Notes under the pieces: generated by a model
The model's database searches: none
Told to the model about the DNA's origin: nothing
What the model saw: the letters and a program-made list of their open reading frames with translations, nothing else
In this document: positions 9,623 through 18,756 of the stretch, piece by piece
How the letters are laid out: every line of letters starts with the position of its first letter
Position numbering within the stretch: position 1 is the first letter of the stretch
NCBI GenBank assembly: GCA_965217865.1
Contig: CBDCJO010000002.1
Coordinates: 3,008,001-3,072,000, forward strand
Length of the DNA stretch: 64,000 nucleotides
Direction of reading: 5' to 3'
Source of the DNA: Candidatus Latescibacterota bacterium
GTDB taxonomy: Bacteria > Latescibacterota > UBA2968 > SICM01
Position numbers and translations under genes: made by a program

Positions 9623-11953
9623 TCAGTCCTTCTGCATGAGCCTCCAGAGTTTTTCAGGACGCAGGGGCATGTCGATGTGCCGGACCCCAAACGGCTTGAG
9701 GGCGTCCACCACCGCGTTCACGAAGGCGGGCGTTCCGCCGATGGTGCCTGCCTCCCCCACGCCCTTTACCCCCATCGGGTTGACGGGAGAAGGGGTCACG
9801 GTGTTGGCCAGTTCCAACCTAGGAAAGTTGTGGGCTTTAGGCAGGGCGTAATCCATGAGCGATCCGGTGAGCATCTGTCCGTTTTCGTCGTAGACGACCT
9901 CCTCCAACAGGGCCTGCCCCATCGCCTGAACGATCCCGCCGTGGATCTGTCCTTCGACGAGCATGGGATTGATAATCTCTCCGCAATCGTCGACCGCGAC
10001 GTAGCGTTTGATCTCTATTTCACCGGTGTCGCCATCCACTTCCACGACGGCGATGTGGGTGCCGAAGGGATAGGTGAAGTTGGAGGGCTCGAAGAAATGC
10101 GACTCCGCCAGGCCCGGGTCCGTGTCCGGCGGCAGGTTGACGCCCATGTGGGCGGTCAGGGAGATCTCGGCCAGGCTCAGAGCTTTTTCCGGATTTCCCT
10201 GAACCCCATACTTTCCGTCTTCCAGGACGATGTCCTGAGGGTTCGCCTCCAGGAGGTGGGCGGCGATTTTGACGACCTTCTCCTTGACTTTTTCCATCGC
10301 TGCCCAGAGCGCCGCCCCACCGACGGCCGTTGCCCGGCTGCCGAATGTTCCGATCCCGTACTGAACGGAATCGGTGTCGCCGTGAATGACCCGGACATCG
10401 TCGATCTCCACCCCGAGCCCATCGGCTACGAGCTGTGAGAAGGAGGTCTCCTGACCCTGACCATGGGGGGAAACCCCGGATAGAACGGTCACCTTTCCCG
10501 TGGGCTCGACGCGAACCGTGCTGCTCTCCCATCCTCCGGCGGGCATGGCTGCCGACGGACCCATTCCGCAGATCTCCACGTAGGTGGAGAGGCCGATCCC
10601 GAGGTAGCGTCCCTGTCCGCGCAGCTCCTCCTGCTGTTTGCGCAGGCCTTTGTAATCGACGATCTTGAGGGCCTTGTCGAGGGCGGCGGTGTAGTTCCCG
10701 CTGTCGTAAATCACCGACGTGCCGGACGTGTAGGGAAATTCGGATTTTCCGATGAAGTTCTTCCGGCGCAATTCCAAGGGATCCATTCCGAGTTCGTCGG
10801 CCACGATGTCGAGGATCCGCTCGATCAGGTAGGTGGCCTCCGGCCTGCCGGCCCCCCGGTATGCGTCCGTGGCCATCTTGTTCGTGAATGCGGCTTTCAC
10901 GTTCATAGCCACGTTCTGGATCTTATAACAACCGCACAACATCAGGCCGGTCAGCGTGGGAATCGCGGGCGTGAGGAGCTGGTAGTAGGCGCCCACGTCG
11001 ACCAGGGCGTTGTATTTGAGCCCGGTGATCGTCCCGTCGTTCTGGACCGCGACCTCCACATCACCGGACTGGTCCCGGCCGTGGGTCGTGTTGAGGATGT
11101 TCTCCCGCCGACCTTCGATCCACTTGACGGGCCGCTGAAGCTGGATGGAGAGATAGCTGATGAGGCCCTCTTCTGCGTAAACGTTGAGCTTGCTGCCGAA
11201 CCCGCCGCCGACCTCGAGGGCGATCACCCGCACCCGGTTCTCGGCCACGTTGAGCATCAGAGAGAGCTGGGTCCGGAGGAGGTGGGGGATCTGCGTGGAG
11301 GTCCAGAGGGTCAACTGTCCATCGCCGGGGTAGTTCGCGAGGACGCCCCGGGTTTCGATCGAGTTAGGCGCCAACCGCTGGTTGACCACCCGCTGTTTCA
11401 CGACATGGTCCGACCCTTCGAGGGCCTGATCCACGTCCCCGCCGGCCAGGTTCCACGTGAAGGCCAGGTTGTCCTCCCACTGTTCGTAGAGGATCGAAGC
11501 TCCGGGCTTTAGGGCCTCTTCCGCAGATGACACCGCGGGGAGGGGATCGTAATCCACCTCGATCAGGTCGACGGCATCTGCCGCGGTGTAGCGGTCCTGA
11601 GCGACCACGGCCGCGACGGGTTCCCCGACAAACCGGACTTTGTCAAGCGCCAGCACGGGATGGTCCGGAACCTTGATCTCCGGAAAACCGTTGGGATCCG
11701 TGGTGGCGCAAGGGACCCCTCCGATTTTTCCCCTGAGGTCTTCCCCCGTCACGACGGCTTCAACGCCGGGGTGATGCTTCGCGGCTTCGGCGTCGATGCC
11801 TTTGATCCGGGCGTGCGCGTAAGGGCTTCGGAGGATGGCCACGTGGAGCGTCCCGGCCAGTTTGACGTCGTCGACATATTGCGAAAGACCCTGGATCAGT
11901 CGGGGGTCCTCCCTTCGTTTGATTCTGGCTCCCACTGTCTTGCTGATGGGCAT
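9623..11953 (-). CDS. coxL: Molybdopterin-binding large subunit, form II CoxL-like (xanthine dehydrogenase family)
   Basis: RREDPRL, VGGGFGSK, AYRGAGRPEA (form II motif), PHGQG, GTFGSR, KGVGEAG. Confidence 0.9.
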   Translation of the reverse strand: MPISKTVGARIKRREDPRLIQGLSQYVDDVKLAGTLHVAILRSPYAHARIKGIDAEAAKHHPGVEAVVTGEDLRGKIGGVPCATTDPNGFPEIKVPDHPVLALDKVRFVGEPVAAVVAQDRYTAADAVDLIEVDYDPLPAVSSAEEALKPGASILYEQWEDNLAFTWNLAGGDVDQALEGSDHVVKQRVVNQRLAPNSIETRGVLANYPGDGQLTLWTSTQIPHLLRTQLSLMLNVAENRVRVIALEVGGGFGSKLNVYAEEGLISYLSIQLQRPVKWIEGRRENILNTTHGRDQSGDVEVAVQNDGTITGLKYNALVDVGAYYQLLTPAIPTLTGLMLCGCYKIQNVAMNVKAAFTNKMATDAYRGAGRPEATYLIERILDIVADELGMDPLELRRKNFIGKSEFPYTSGTSVIYDSGNYTAALDKALKIVDYKGLRKQQEELRGQGRYLGIGLSTYVEICGMGPSAAMPAGGWESSTVRVEPTGKVTVLSGVSPHGQGQETSFSQLVADGLGVEIDDVRVIHGDTDSVQYGIGTFGSRATAVGGAALWAAMEKVKEKVVKIAAHLLEANPQDIVLEDGKYGVQGNPEKALSLAEISLTAHMGVNLPPDTDPGLAESHFFEPSNFTYPFGTHIAVVEVDGDTGEIEIKRYVAVDDCGEIINPMLVEGQIHGGIVQAMGQALLEEVVYDENGQMLTGSLMDYALPKAHNFPRLELANTVTPSPVNPMGVKGVGEAGTIGGTPAFVNAVVDALKPFGVRHIDMPLRPEKLWRLMQKD

Positions 11954-11965
11954 GGCGCACCTCCT

Positions 11966-12430
11966 TTAAGCTCTCAATTTTTTCGCGGCATATTGAACGG
12001 CATCGACGATGTGCTGGTAGCCCGTGCAACGGCAGAGGTTCCCCTCTATTCCGTGGCGAATCTCATCTTCCGAAGGTTCCGGTTTTCGCTGCAGGAGCTG
12101 GTGGACGGCCATGATCATGCCCGGGGTGCAAAATCCGCACTGGAGGCCGTGGTGCTCCCAGAAGCCTTCCTGGACGGGGTGGAGTTGTCCATCCTGCGCA
12201 AGTCCCTCGATGGTCGTGATCTCTGAGCCATCGGCCTGCACGGCCAGGAGTGTGCAGGATTTGACCGCGGCCTTGTCGAGCATCACGGTGCAGGCGCCGC
12301 AGATGCTCGTTTCGCAGCCCACGTGCGTACCGGTCAAGCCCACGACGTCCCGGAGATAGTGGACGAGCAAAAGCCGGGGTTCCACGTCGTGGGTATGCTG
12401 TTTACCATTGATCGTGAGCGAAATCTTCAA
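11966..12430 (-). CDS. coxS: 2Fe-2S small subunit, CoxS-like
   Basis: [12 protein letters not shown]…[20 protein letters not shown]. Confidence 0.92.
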   Translation of the reverse strand: MKISLTINGKQHTHDVEPRLLLVHYLRDVVGLTGTHVGCETSICGACTVMLDKAAVKSCTLLAVQADGSEITTIEGLAQDGQLHPVQEGFWEHHGLQCGFCTPGMIMAVHQLLQRKPEPSEDEIRHGIEGNLCRCTGYQHIVDAVQYAAKKLRA

Positions 12431-12517
12431 GGGTTTGGCCTCCTTTCAGAAGAACCTTCCGGGATATGGCAACCATCACTTTTACGAGATCGAATCAAAA
12501 AAAACGGGGAGTTATCC

Positions 12518-13552
12518 TCAGAATAGTCCCCCCTGTGCTCCGTCTCCCAAGGGTTTTATCCGGTCGAGGTGCTTATAGGCCAGAGCGGTGGCCTCCCGGC
12601 CCCGGGGGGTCCTCTTGAGGTAGCCTTCCTGAATCAGGTAGGGCTCGTAAACCTCCTCGATGGTGTCTTCCTCCTCGCTGATGACCGCGGAAAGGTTGCC
12701 AAGGCCGACCGGCCCCCCATCGAACTTGTCGATCAGGGCAAGCAGGAGCCGTCGGTCCATTTCGTCGAGGCCCTTTTCGTCGATATCTAGCATGCGGAGC
12801 GCAGCGTCGGCGACTTCCCGAGTAATCACACCGTCAGCCCGGATCTGTGCATAGTCCCGGGCCCGGCAGAGCAACCGGTTGGCGATCCGGGGGGTGCCGC
12901 GGGACCGTCTGGCGATTTCCAGCGCGCCCGACGCTTCGAGCGGAACTTCCAGGATCCGGGCGGACCGGTTCACGATGACCTTGAGCTCCTCAGGGGAATA
13001 GAAGTCGAGCCGCTCGATGATCCCGAACCGGGACCGCAGCGGGGCCGTGATCAACCCCAGACGTGTGGTGGCGCCGACGAGGGTGAATCGTTCAAGGGAC
13101 AGCCGGTAGGAACGCGCGTTCGGTCCGCTGTCGACCATGATATCGAGGTTGAAGTCCTCGATCGCCGGGTAGAGGTGTTCCTCGACCACCCGGTTCATCC
13201 GGTGGATCTCGTCGATGAAGAGGACTTCGCGGGCGTTCAGGTTCGTGAGGTTGCCGGCCAGGTCGGCCGCCCGCTCCAGCACCGGTCCGGATGTCGGCCG
13301 GATGTCCACGCCCAACTCCCTCGCGATGACGCTGGCCAGGGTGGTCTTCCCCAGGCCAGGGGGACCGTAGAGCAGGACGTGGTCCAGGGCTTCTTCGCGC
13401 TTCAGGGCCGCCTCGATGGCGATGGAGAGCTTCTCCTTCACCTTCTCCTGCCCGGTCATGTCCTTTAAAAGGGCGGGGCGAAGACTCCGGTCGTATTCGA
13501 GGTCCTCTTCTCGAATCTCAGGTGCGGTGATTCGCTCTATCACGATGCTCAA
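12518..13552 (-). CDS. ruvB: Holliday junction branch migration helicase RuvB
   Basis: [37 protein letters not shown]. Confidence 0.98.
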   Translation of the reverse strand: MSIVIERITAPEIREEDLEYDRSLRPALLKDMTGQEKVKEKLSIAIEAALKREEALDHVLLYGPPGLGKTTLASVIARELGVDIRPTSGPVLERAADLAGNLTNLNAREVLFIDEIHRMNRVVEEHLYPAIEDFNLDIMVDSGPNARSYRLSLERFTLVGATTRLGLITAPLRSRFGIIERLDFYSPEELKVIVNRSARILEVPLEASGALEIARRSRGTPRIANRLLCRARDYAQIRADGVITREVADAALRMLDIDEKGLDEMDRRLLLALIDKFDGGPVGLGNLSAVISEEEDTIEEVYEPYLIQEGYLKRTPRGREATALAYKHLDRIKPLGDGAQGGLF

Positions 13553-14136
13553 ACCTTTTGAAGCGCCTGTTTGATGATCTGCTCCAACGACAGGTCCCCA
13601 TCCTGATTTAGGACAGCATCAACGGCCCTTTCGGCAGAGGCCCTGGTCGCCCCCAAGGCGGACAGGGCAAGGACCGCCTCATGTACCACCCCGGAGGGTT
13701 TGAGGCCGGGCGGTTGGGCCTCGACACCTCCGACCTCTCCGATGCGATCGCGAAGTTCCAGGACCAGCCTCTCCGCTGTCTTCTTACCGATGCCCGGGAT
13801 GGCGCTCAGGCCCTTTCCGTCTTCGGACACCACGCAGTGCTTGAAATCCTGGACCGACAAACCCGACAGGATCTTTTGAGCCAGCTGGGGACCCACACCG
13901 CTCACGGAGATGAGCAGCTCGAACAGACTCCGTTCCCCCTCGGTCATAAATCCGAAGAGCTGGAGGGAATCCTCCCGGACGATGAGGTGGGTGAGGATTT
14001 TAATCGGTTCTCCAACCCCCCCCACGTGTTCGAAGGTGGAGAGGGGGATCTGAACCCGGAATCCGACACCTCCGACATCCACGACCAGGTGGGTGGGTTT
14101 TTTTTCCGTGAGGCGGCCTGACAGGTATGAGATCAT
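13549..14136 (-). CDS. ruvA: Holliday junction branch migration protein RuvA
   Basis: [34 protein letters not shown]. Confidence 0.97.
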   Translation of the reverse strand: MISYLSGRLTEKKPTHLVVDVGGVGFRVQIPLSTFEHVGGVGEPIKILTHLIVREDSLQLFGFMTEGERSLFELLISVSGVGPQLAQKILSGLSVQDFKHCVVSEDGKGLSAIPGIGKKTAERLVLELRDRIGEVGGVEAQPPGLKPSGVVHEAVLALSALGATRASAERAVDAVLNQDGDLSLEQIIKQALQKV

Positions 14137-14206
14137 GACGGAGAAGATGCTTGTTCAAATCGGGGATCAGTCGCCGGGGATCACACCCTGGATGGGAATT
14201 TCACTT

Positions 14207-14791
14207 CTAGCGTTTCGGCTTCGGGGACGGGTTGGTCGATCCGCGCCGCTTCCCGTCAAGGGCGACCACCTTTCGGAGTTTTTCCTGGAGACTGTCCTTC
14301 CAGTCTGGAGATCGATCGTTGTTCCGGTCGCGATGGGAATGACAGATGGCGAGGGCAATGGCATCAGAAGTGTCGTGTCCCTTGTTGATTTCCGGGTGAC
14401 CGAGGATCTGTTCGACCATGAACCGGACCTGCGATTTCGAGGCCGAACCCCGACCCACGAGGGCTCGCTTGACCTCTGTGGGGGCGTATTCAAAAAGGGG
14501 AAGGTTGCTGTTGACGACGGCGAGGAGGATGACACCCCTGGCGTGACACAGTTTCATCGTGGTTTTTACGTTTTCACCGTGATAGACGCTTTCGAGGGCG
14601 ACCTCGTCAGGGGTTGTTTCGGAGATGAGTCTCAGGAGCTCATCGTAGATTCTGAGGAGTCTTTTCTCGAAGGGTAGTTTGGGGTCGGGCCGGATCGCTC
14701 CCGATTCTAAAAGACGGAATTTTTTCTCTCGGGACTCCAGGAGGCCATAGCCTGTCACGACGCTGCCGGGGTCGATTCCAAGAATCAGCAT
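14207..14791 (-). CDS. ruvC: Crossover junction endodeoxyribonuclease RuvC
   Basis: ILGIDPGS..TGYG, EY.P.EVK, D.SDAIALAICH. Confidence 0.97.
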   Translation of the reverse strand: MLILGIDPGSVVTGYGLLESREKKFRLLESGAIRPDPKLPFEKRLLRIYDELLRLISETTPDEVALESVYHGENVKTTMKLCHARGVILLAVVNSNLPLFEYAPTEVKRALVGRGSASKSQVRFMVEQILGHPEINKGHDTSDAIALAICHSHRDRNNDRSPDWKDSLQEKLRKVVALDGKRRGSTNPSPKPKR

Positions 14792-14803
14792 AAGGGTCCG
14801 TCG

Positions 14804-15553
14804 TCATGCCGTCAAGGCCGCGAGTTCCTGCGTGTCGATATCGAAGTTCGAGTAGATCTTCTGGATGTCATCGTGATCTTCGAGGGCGCTCATGAGATTC
14901 ACGACCACCGCGGCGGTCTTCCCCTCCACCTTCACGGTGTTCTGGGGTTTTCGGATCAGATCGGGGTTTTTGAAAGGGATTTGGGCATCCTGCAGGGCCT
15001 GCTTCATCCGCTCGAAGTCCTGAGGCTCCGCGGTGATTCCCCACACGTCCTCTTCGTCGGCGATATCCTCGGCCCCGGCCTCGAGCGCGGCCATCATCAG
15101 GTCGTCTTCGGAGATCTCATCTTTATCGACGGACAGGTAGCCCTTCTGGCTGAACATCCAGGACACCGAGCCGTTCTCTCCCAGGTTCCCGTTGTACTTG
15201 GAGAAGAGGTGGCGAATTTCGGACACCATCCGATTTTTGTTGTCGGTCAGGGTCTCGATTATGATCGCCACACCACCACCGCCGTAGCCTTCGTAGACGG
15301 CCGATTCGTAGGACGCCCCGGGAAGCTCACCGGTTCCCTTCTTGATGGCGCGATCGATGTTCGTCGTGGGCATGTTTTCCGCTTTTGCCGCCAGGATCGC
15401 AGTCCTCAACCGGGGATTGCTGGCTTCGTCGCCTCCTCCGTCCCGGGCGGAGACGGTGATTTCCCGGATCAGCTTGGTGAAGGTCTTACCCCGGGCGGCG
15501 TCATTCTTCCCTTTTTTGCGCTTTATGGTCGCCCATTTGGAGTGTCCGGACAT
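14804..15553 (-). CDS. yebC: YebC/PmpR family protein
   Basis: MSGHSKWATIKRKK, YEGYG, TDNKNR; canonical position upstream of ruvCAB. Confidence 0.96.
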   Translation of the reverse strand: MSGHSKWATIKRKKGKNDAARGKTFTKLIREITVSARDGGGDEASNPRLRTAILAAKAENMPTTNIDRAIKKGTGELPGASYESAVYEGYGGGGVAIIIETLTDNKNRMVSEIRHLFSKYNGNLGENGSVSWMFSQKGYLSVDKDEISEDDLMMAALEAGAEDIADEEDVWGITAEPQDFERMKQALQDAQIPFKNPDLIRKPQNTVKVEGKTAAVVVNLMSALEDHDDIQKIYSNFDIDTQELAALTA

Positions 15554-16008
15554 GGCTCTTACCTCGAGCAAAAGGGTCATTTTTCGGGTCTTATCGGACC
15601 TTTGAATGTATCATAAAACCAAACGACTGGCAATAGAAAATTCGCTTCCGAAACAAAGATAAGGGCGCATATGCGATTCTCATCCCAGAAAAAGTCCGTG
15701 TGCGTGCTAAGCCGCTCAGGACAGTTGTGTTAAGCAGTATGGAAGCTTCTGCGTAATAACCGTGAGGAAGGCAATTTCCAGGACATGGACTTGACCGAAC
15801 AGGATATATTTTATAATTATAAGACAGATCTAATGGATTTTTTGAATGGTAATGATATTTCCGATTGACCGGTCAACCAATCGCTAAATCTTTTTTAGAC
15901 GCACACAAAACGTTGGCAGAAGAACCGGAGAATCAAATCTTCCGAAAGTCTTTCTGCCCATCGGTCTTAAGTATAGGCGGACGGGCGTAAAAGCCTGCTT
16001 GATTTGTT

Positions 16009-16888
16009 TTGTGTATTAGGCTAAACCGAAGAAGGCTGATGAGAGCCCGAACTAGCAGAAAGAAGGCAAACCTCCCAATTTCGGTACCCCTTATTTCCAA
16101 AGCCTTCCTTTTTACGACCTGGGGTATGGATCGGCTCCCCGGTATTCTTGGAAGGAAGCTTTCCTCCATCTTTGGAACGCTTGTGCTCATTATGTCCACA
16201 CCAAGAGAGATGGAGGAAATGGTGAAGGGATATTACGCACGACCCCGTTCTATCGAAAGGTGGGGAGATAGATTGGTTGGAACAGGGGGGAAACTATATC
16301 GGGAAGAGTCCGCCTTTGTTGCCAAATATCTAAAAGGGAAAAAGACTTGCCTTGTGTTGCAATCCGGTGGAGGACGTGAGTCGCTTGCCCTGGCGCGGCT
16401 GGGATTCGAGGTTACAGGTATCGATTGCTGCGAAGCCCTCGTCGAAAGAGCGAAGGATCACGCAAAAGCCCTATCTCTATCCTGCCGATTCGAGATCGGA
16501 GAAATGTCCGAGGGGACTCCCGCGAAGAGAAAATTCGACGCACTCTTCCTCACCCAGTACATGTATAGTGCCATTCCGACCAGGGAAAGACGTATCACTT
16601 TTTTGGAAAAGGCAAGGACCTTCCTTGCAGAGGATGGATTTTTCTACCTTGAGTTTTATTCAGATGAGGTTTTGGAGGGAAATGATTGGCGGTTCCGAAT
16701 CAAGCGGGTCCTTGCCAGGTTGTGGGGGAGAAATCAGGAATTGGAGACCGGAGATTCATATGAAGTTGATCATTTCTGGCATGATTTCAATTGTGAATCG
16801 GAGATTTTGCCAGAATTTGAGGAGGCCGAATTTGGCCGTTGTGGATTTAAATTTAGACCTTGAATTCGCCGTTCTTACCCTTCGGTAA
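16009..16888 (+). CDS. Class I SAM-dependent methyltransferase with a probable 1-nt frameshift near its 3' end (start uncertain)
   Basis: LVLQSGGGRESLALARLGFEVTGID; removing one G at ~16834 gives …EFAVVDLNLDLEFAVLTLR*, matching the paralog's …GFAVAEIEFAKGYAVLSL. Confidence 0.78.
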
Positions 16889-16931
16889 TTACCGTAATTC
16901 TTCGACTGCAGTCCGTCTGTGGATGGGAGAG

Positions 16932-17050
16932 GGAACGGATCTGGTTATCGGGGCGTGCCAGATCCGAAGATAACCCTTTTCGCGAAAGGTATCGAGCTCC
17001 CGGTCGGTCAGGAATGGGGGATGGAGATCAGGCATGGGTTAAAGGTGGTG
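16932..17050 (-). repeat. Degenerate copy of the 5' end of the PhyH gene (18027-18149)
   Basis: gataacccttttcgcgaaaggtatc…gtcggtcaggaatgggggatggagatcaggcat is present at both positions. Confidence 0.88.
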
Positions 17051-17270
17051 GAATGTTAGACGAGGAAAATCTGTTTCAGAATGATCTTGACGAACAAACT
17101 AGGATTTGATCGGGGGTCACACCTAACCCCCTGCGCCCCCTTCCCGAAACGGGAAGGGGGAAATGGTTTAAATTTAGCAAATGTCATTTCACATGATTTC
17201 GCCTCTCCTTTCAGGCACCTAAAGGGAAAGGGGTTCCGTCGAAAAACGAGATCGAGGTCCGGCGAAAACA

Positions 17271-17299
17271 GAGATTCTTCGCTAGCGCTCAGAATGACA
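17271..17299. repeat. REP-like palindrome GAGATTCTTCGCTAGCGCTCAGAATGACA
   Basis: Short imperfect palindrome; related CCCTTCGACTCC…CCGCTCAGGG units at 18634-18711. Confidence 0.6.
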
Positions 17300-17327
17300 T
17301 AAACGATTCGACCATATGAGAAAGGGA

Positions 17328-18134
17328 TCAGTAAATCGGGGTGTCAGCCGTCCCTTGGACCGGCACATACTCCGGGAAGACGATCGGGAAGGTCATCCCC
17401 GAAGAAATATTCCGCGTAGCCGCATCGATATAGCAGACGCTGAAAGCACGACGAGGACGGTTCGTGGTATTGACTTCGGAACGATGCAGGGTCAGGTTGT
17501 CCAGGAGCACGACCTCCCCGCTTTCCAGCTCCAGGTAGAGCCGCTTCTCATCCGGGGCGTGAAGAGGGATCTCCTCGGGCGATAAATGGTCCCCATGTTC
17601 CGGGATGATGCTTTTGTGCGAGCGGGGGATGATCTGCAGGCACCCGTTTGCGACGCACGTCGGATCCAGCGCGGTCCAGACCGTGACCTTCGGCCGGATG
17701 TCCAAACCCCAACCGCTCGCGCCATCCTGGTGCCAGTTTATGGTGACGCCCTGTTCCGCGGGTTTGTTGAAGAACATCGACCGAAAGACGGAGACCCGGT
17801 CGTGGATAAGCTTCCGGGTGATATCCCGGAAAAGGGGATGCTGCATGTAGTCCCGAAAAAGGGGGTCCTGGTCAAGATCCTGGATCTTCCGGTACTTCAA
17901 CGAGGACCCCTTGAACGAACGGGTCTTTTGGGAGAGCTCCGGGTGTCCGGCCGAAGGGCAGAGCTGCATCAGCATGTGGTCGTAGCGGATGTTCCCGAGC
18001 ATGATATCATCGATGCGTTGACAGAGGGAACGGATCCGGTCATCGGGAACGACGCGCCCGAGCCGGAGATAACCCTTTTCGCGAAAGGTATCCAGCTCCC
18101 CGTCGGTCAGGAATGGGGGATGGAGATCAGGCAT
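17328..18134 (-). CDS. Phytanoyl-CoA dioxygenase (PhyH) family Fe(II)/2OG oxygenase
   Basis: FREKGYL, WHQD, VWTALD, NGCLQIIP.SH, LHRS..N…RRA. Confidence 0.93.
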   Translation of the reverse strand: MPDLHPPFLTDGELDTFREKGYLRLGRVVPDDRIRSLCQRIDDIMLGNIRYDHMLMQLCPSAGHPELSQKTRSFKGSSLKYRKIQDLDQDPLFRDYMQHPLFRDITRKLIHDRVSVFRSMFFNKPAEQGVTINWHQDGASGWGLDIRPKVTVWTALDPTCVANGCLQIIPRSHKSIIPEHGDHLSPEEIPLHAPDEKRLYLELESGEVVLLDNLTLHRSEVNTTNRPRRAFSVCYIDAATRNISSGMTFPIVFPEYVPVQGTADTPIY

Positions 18135-18152
18135 AGGTTAGAGGCGGTGAAA

Positions 18153-18280
18153 AGTGAGAGGTGAGACGGGAAACCAGAATTATAGAATACAGAATACAGA
18201 AGTTAGGAGAAATCAAGTCGTTTAAATTGAATATTGATGATCGAAAGACCGTCAAACGTGAGACGTGAAACGTGAAACGG
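18153..18280. repeat. Heptamer-periodic mosaic repeat (CAGAATA, CGTGAAA, ATTGAAT units)
   Basis: Near-identical blocks at 20427-20476 and 20557-20597. Confidence 0.8.
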
Positions 18281-18285
18281 AAAAG

Positions 18286-18600
18286 CGGGCCAACGGCCCG
18301 TGATTCCTTGGCCCAGTCCAACGGGCTGGGTTTTGAATGTGGCCGAATCGAGCGGGCTAACGGTCCGCGATCCGGATCAATCCCACACATACCGTCCATC
18401 GAAGGACATGGATTGGTGCATTGCGATGTGAAATTATCGCGGCCCTTCAGGCCGCACGACGCTATTGCTTCTCATGACCCAGGGCAGCTCGCCTGGGTTG
18501 AGGGACAACGCGCCGTTGGCGCTGAAAGAAAGCCATGACTTTAGGCTCGGTTTCTCGATTAGCTCAAAGGCTCGGGTGTCAATCGCGAAGAGTCCGCCAC
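18286..18600. mobile_element. Non-autonomous IS200/IS605 (RAYT-like) relic with REP palindromes; second copy at ~42650-43020
   Basis: Palindromes GGGCCAACGGCCC, CCCAGTCCAACGGGCTGGG; minus strand 18377-18409 reads MSFDGRYVWD*, resembling the C-terminus of Y1 TnpA proteins. Confidence 0.65.
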
Positions 18601-18756
18601 AGGCGGACCCCCCAGCCCATAACCACCGGGCCCCCCTTCGACTCCACTTCGTTCCGCTCAGGGCCGGGGCTTCGACTCCGTTCCGCAAAAACCGCGGAAC
18701 TCCGCTCAGGGTGTTTCCATGATGGTTTATGATATGATGATTTTTATTCGATATCG

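Noticed and set aside
15600-16000. AT-rich intergenic stretch as ncRNA or origin
   Set aside because: No convincing structure or DnaA-box cluster seen; explained as a divergent promoter region
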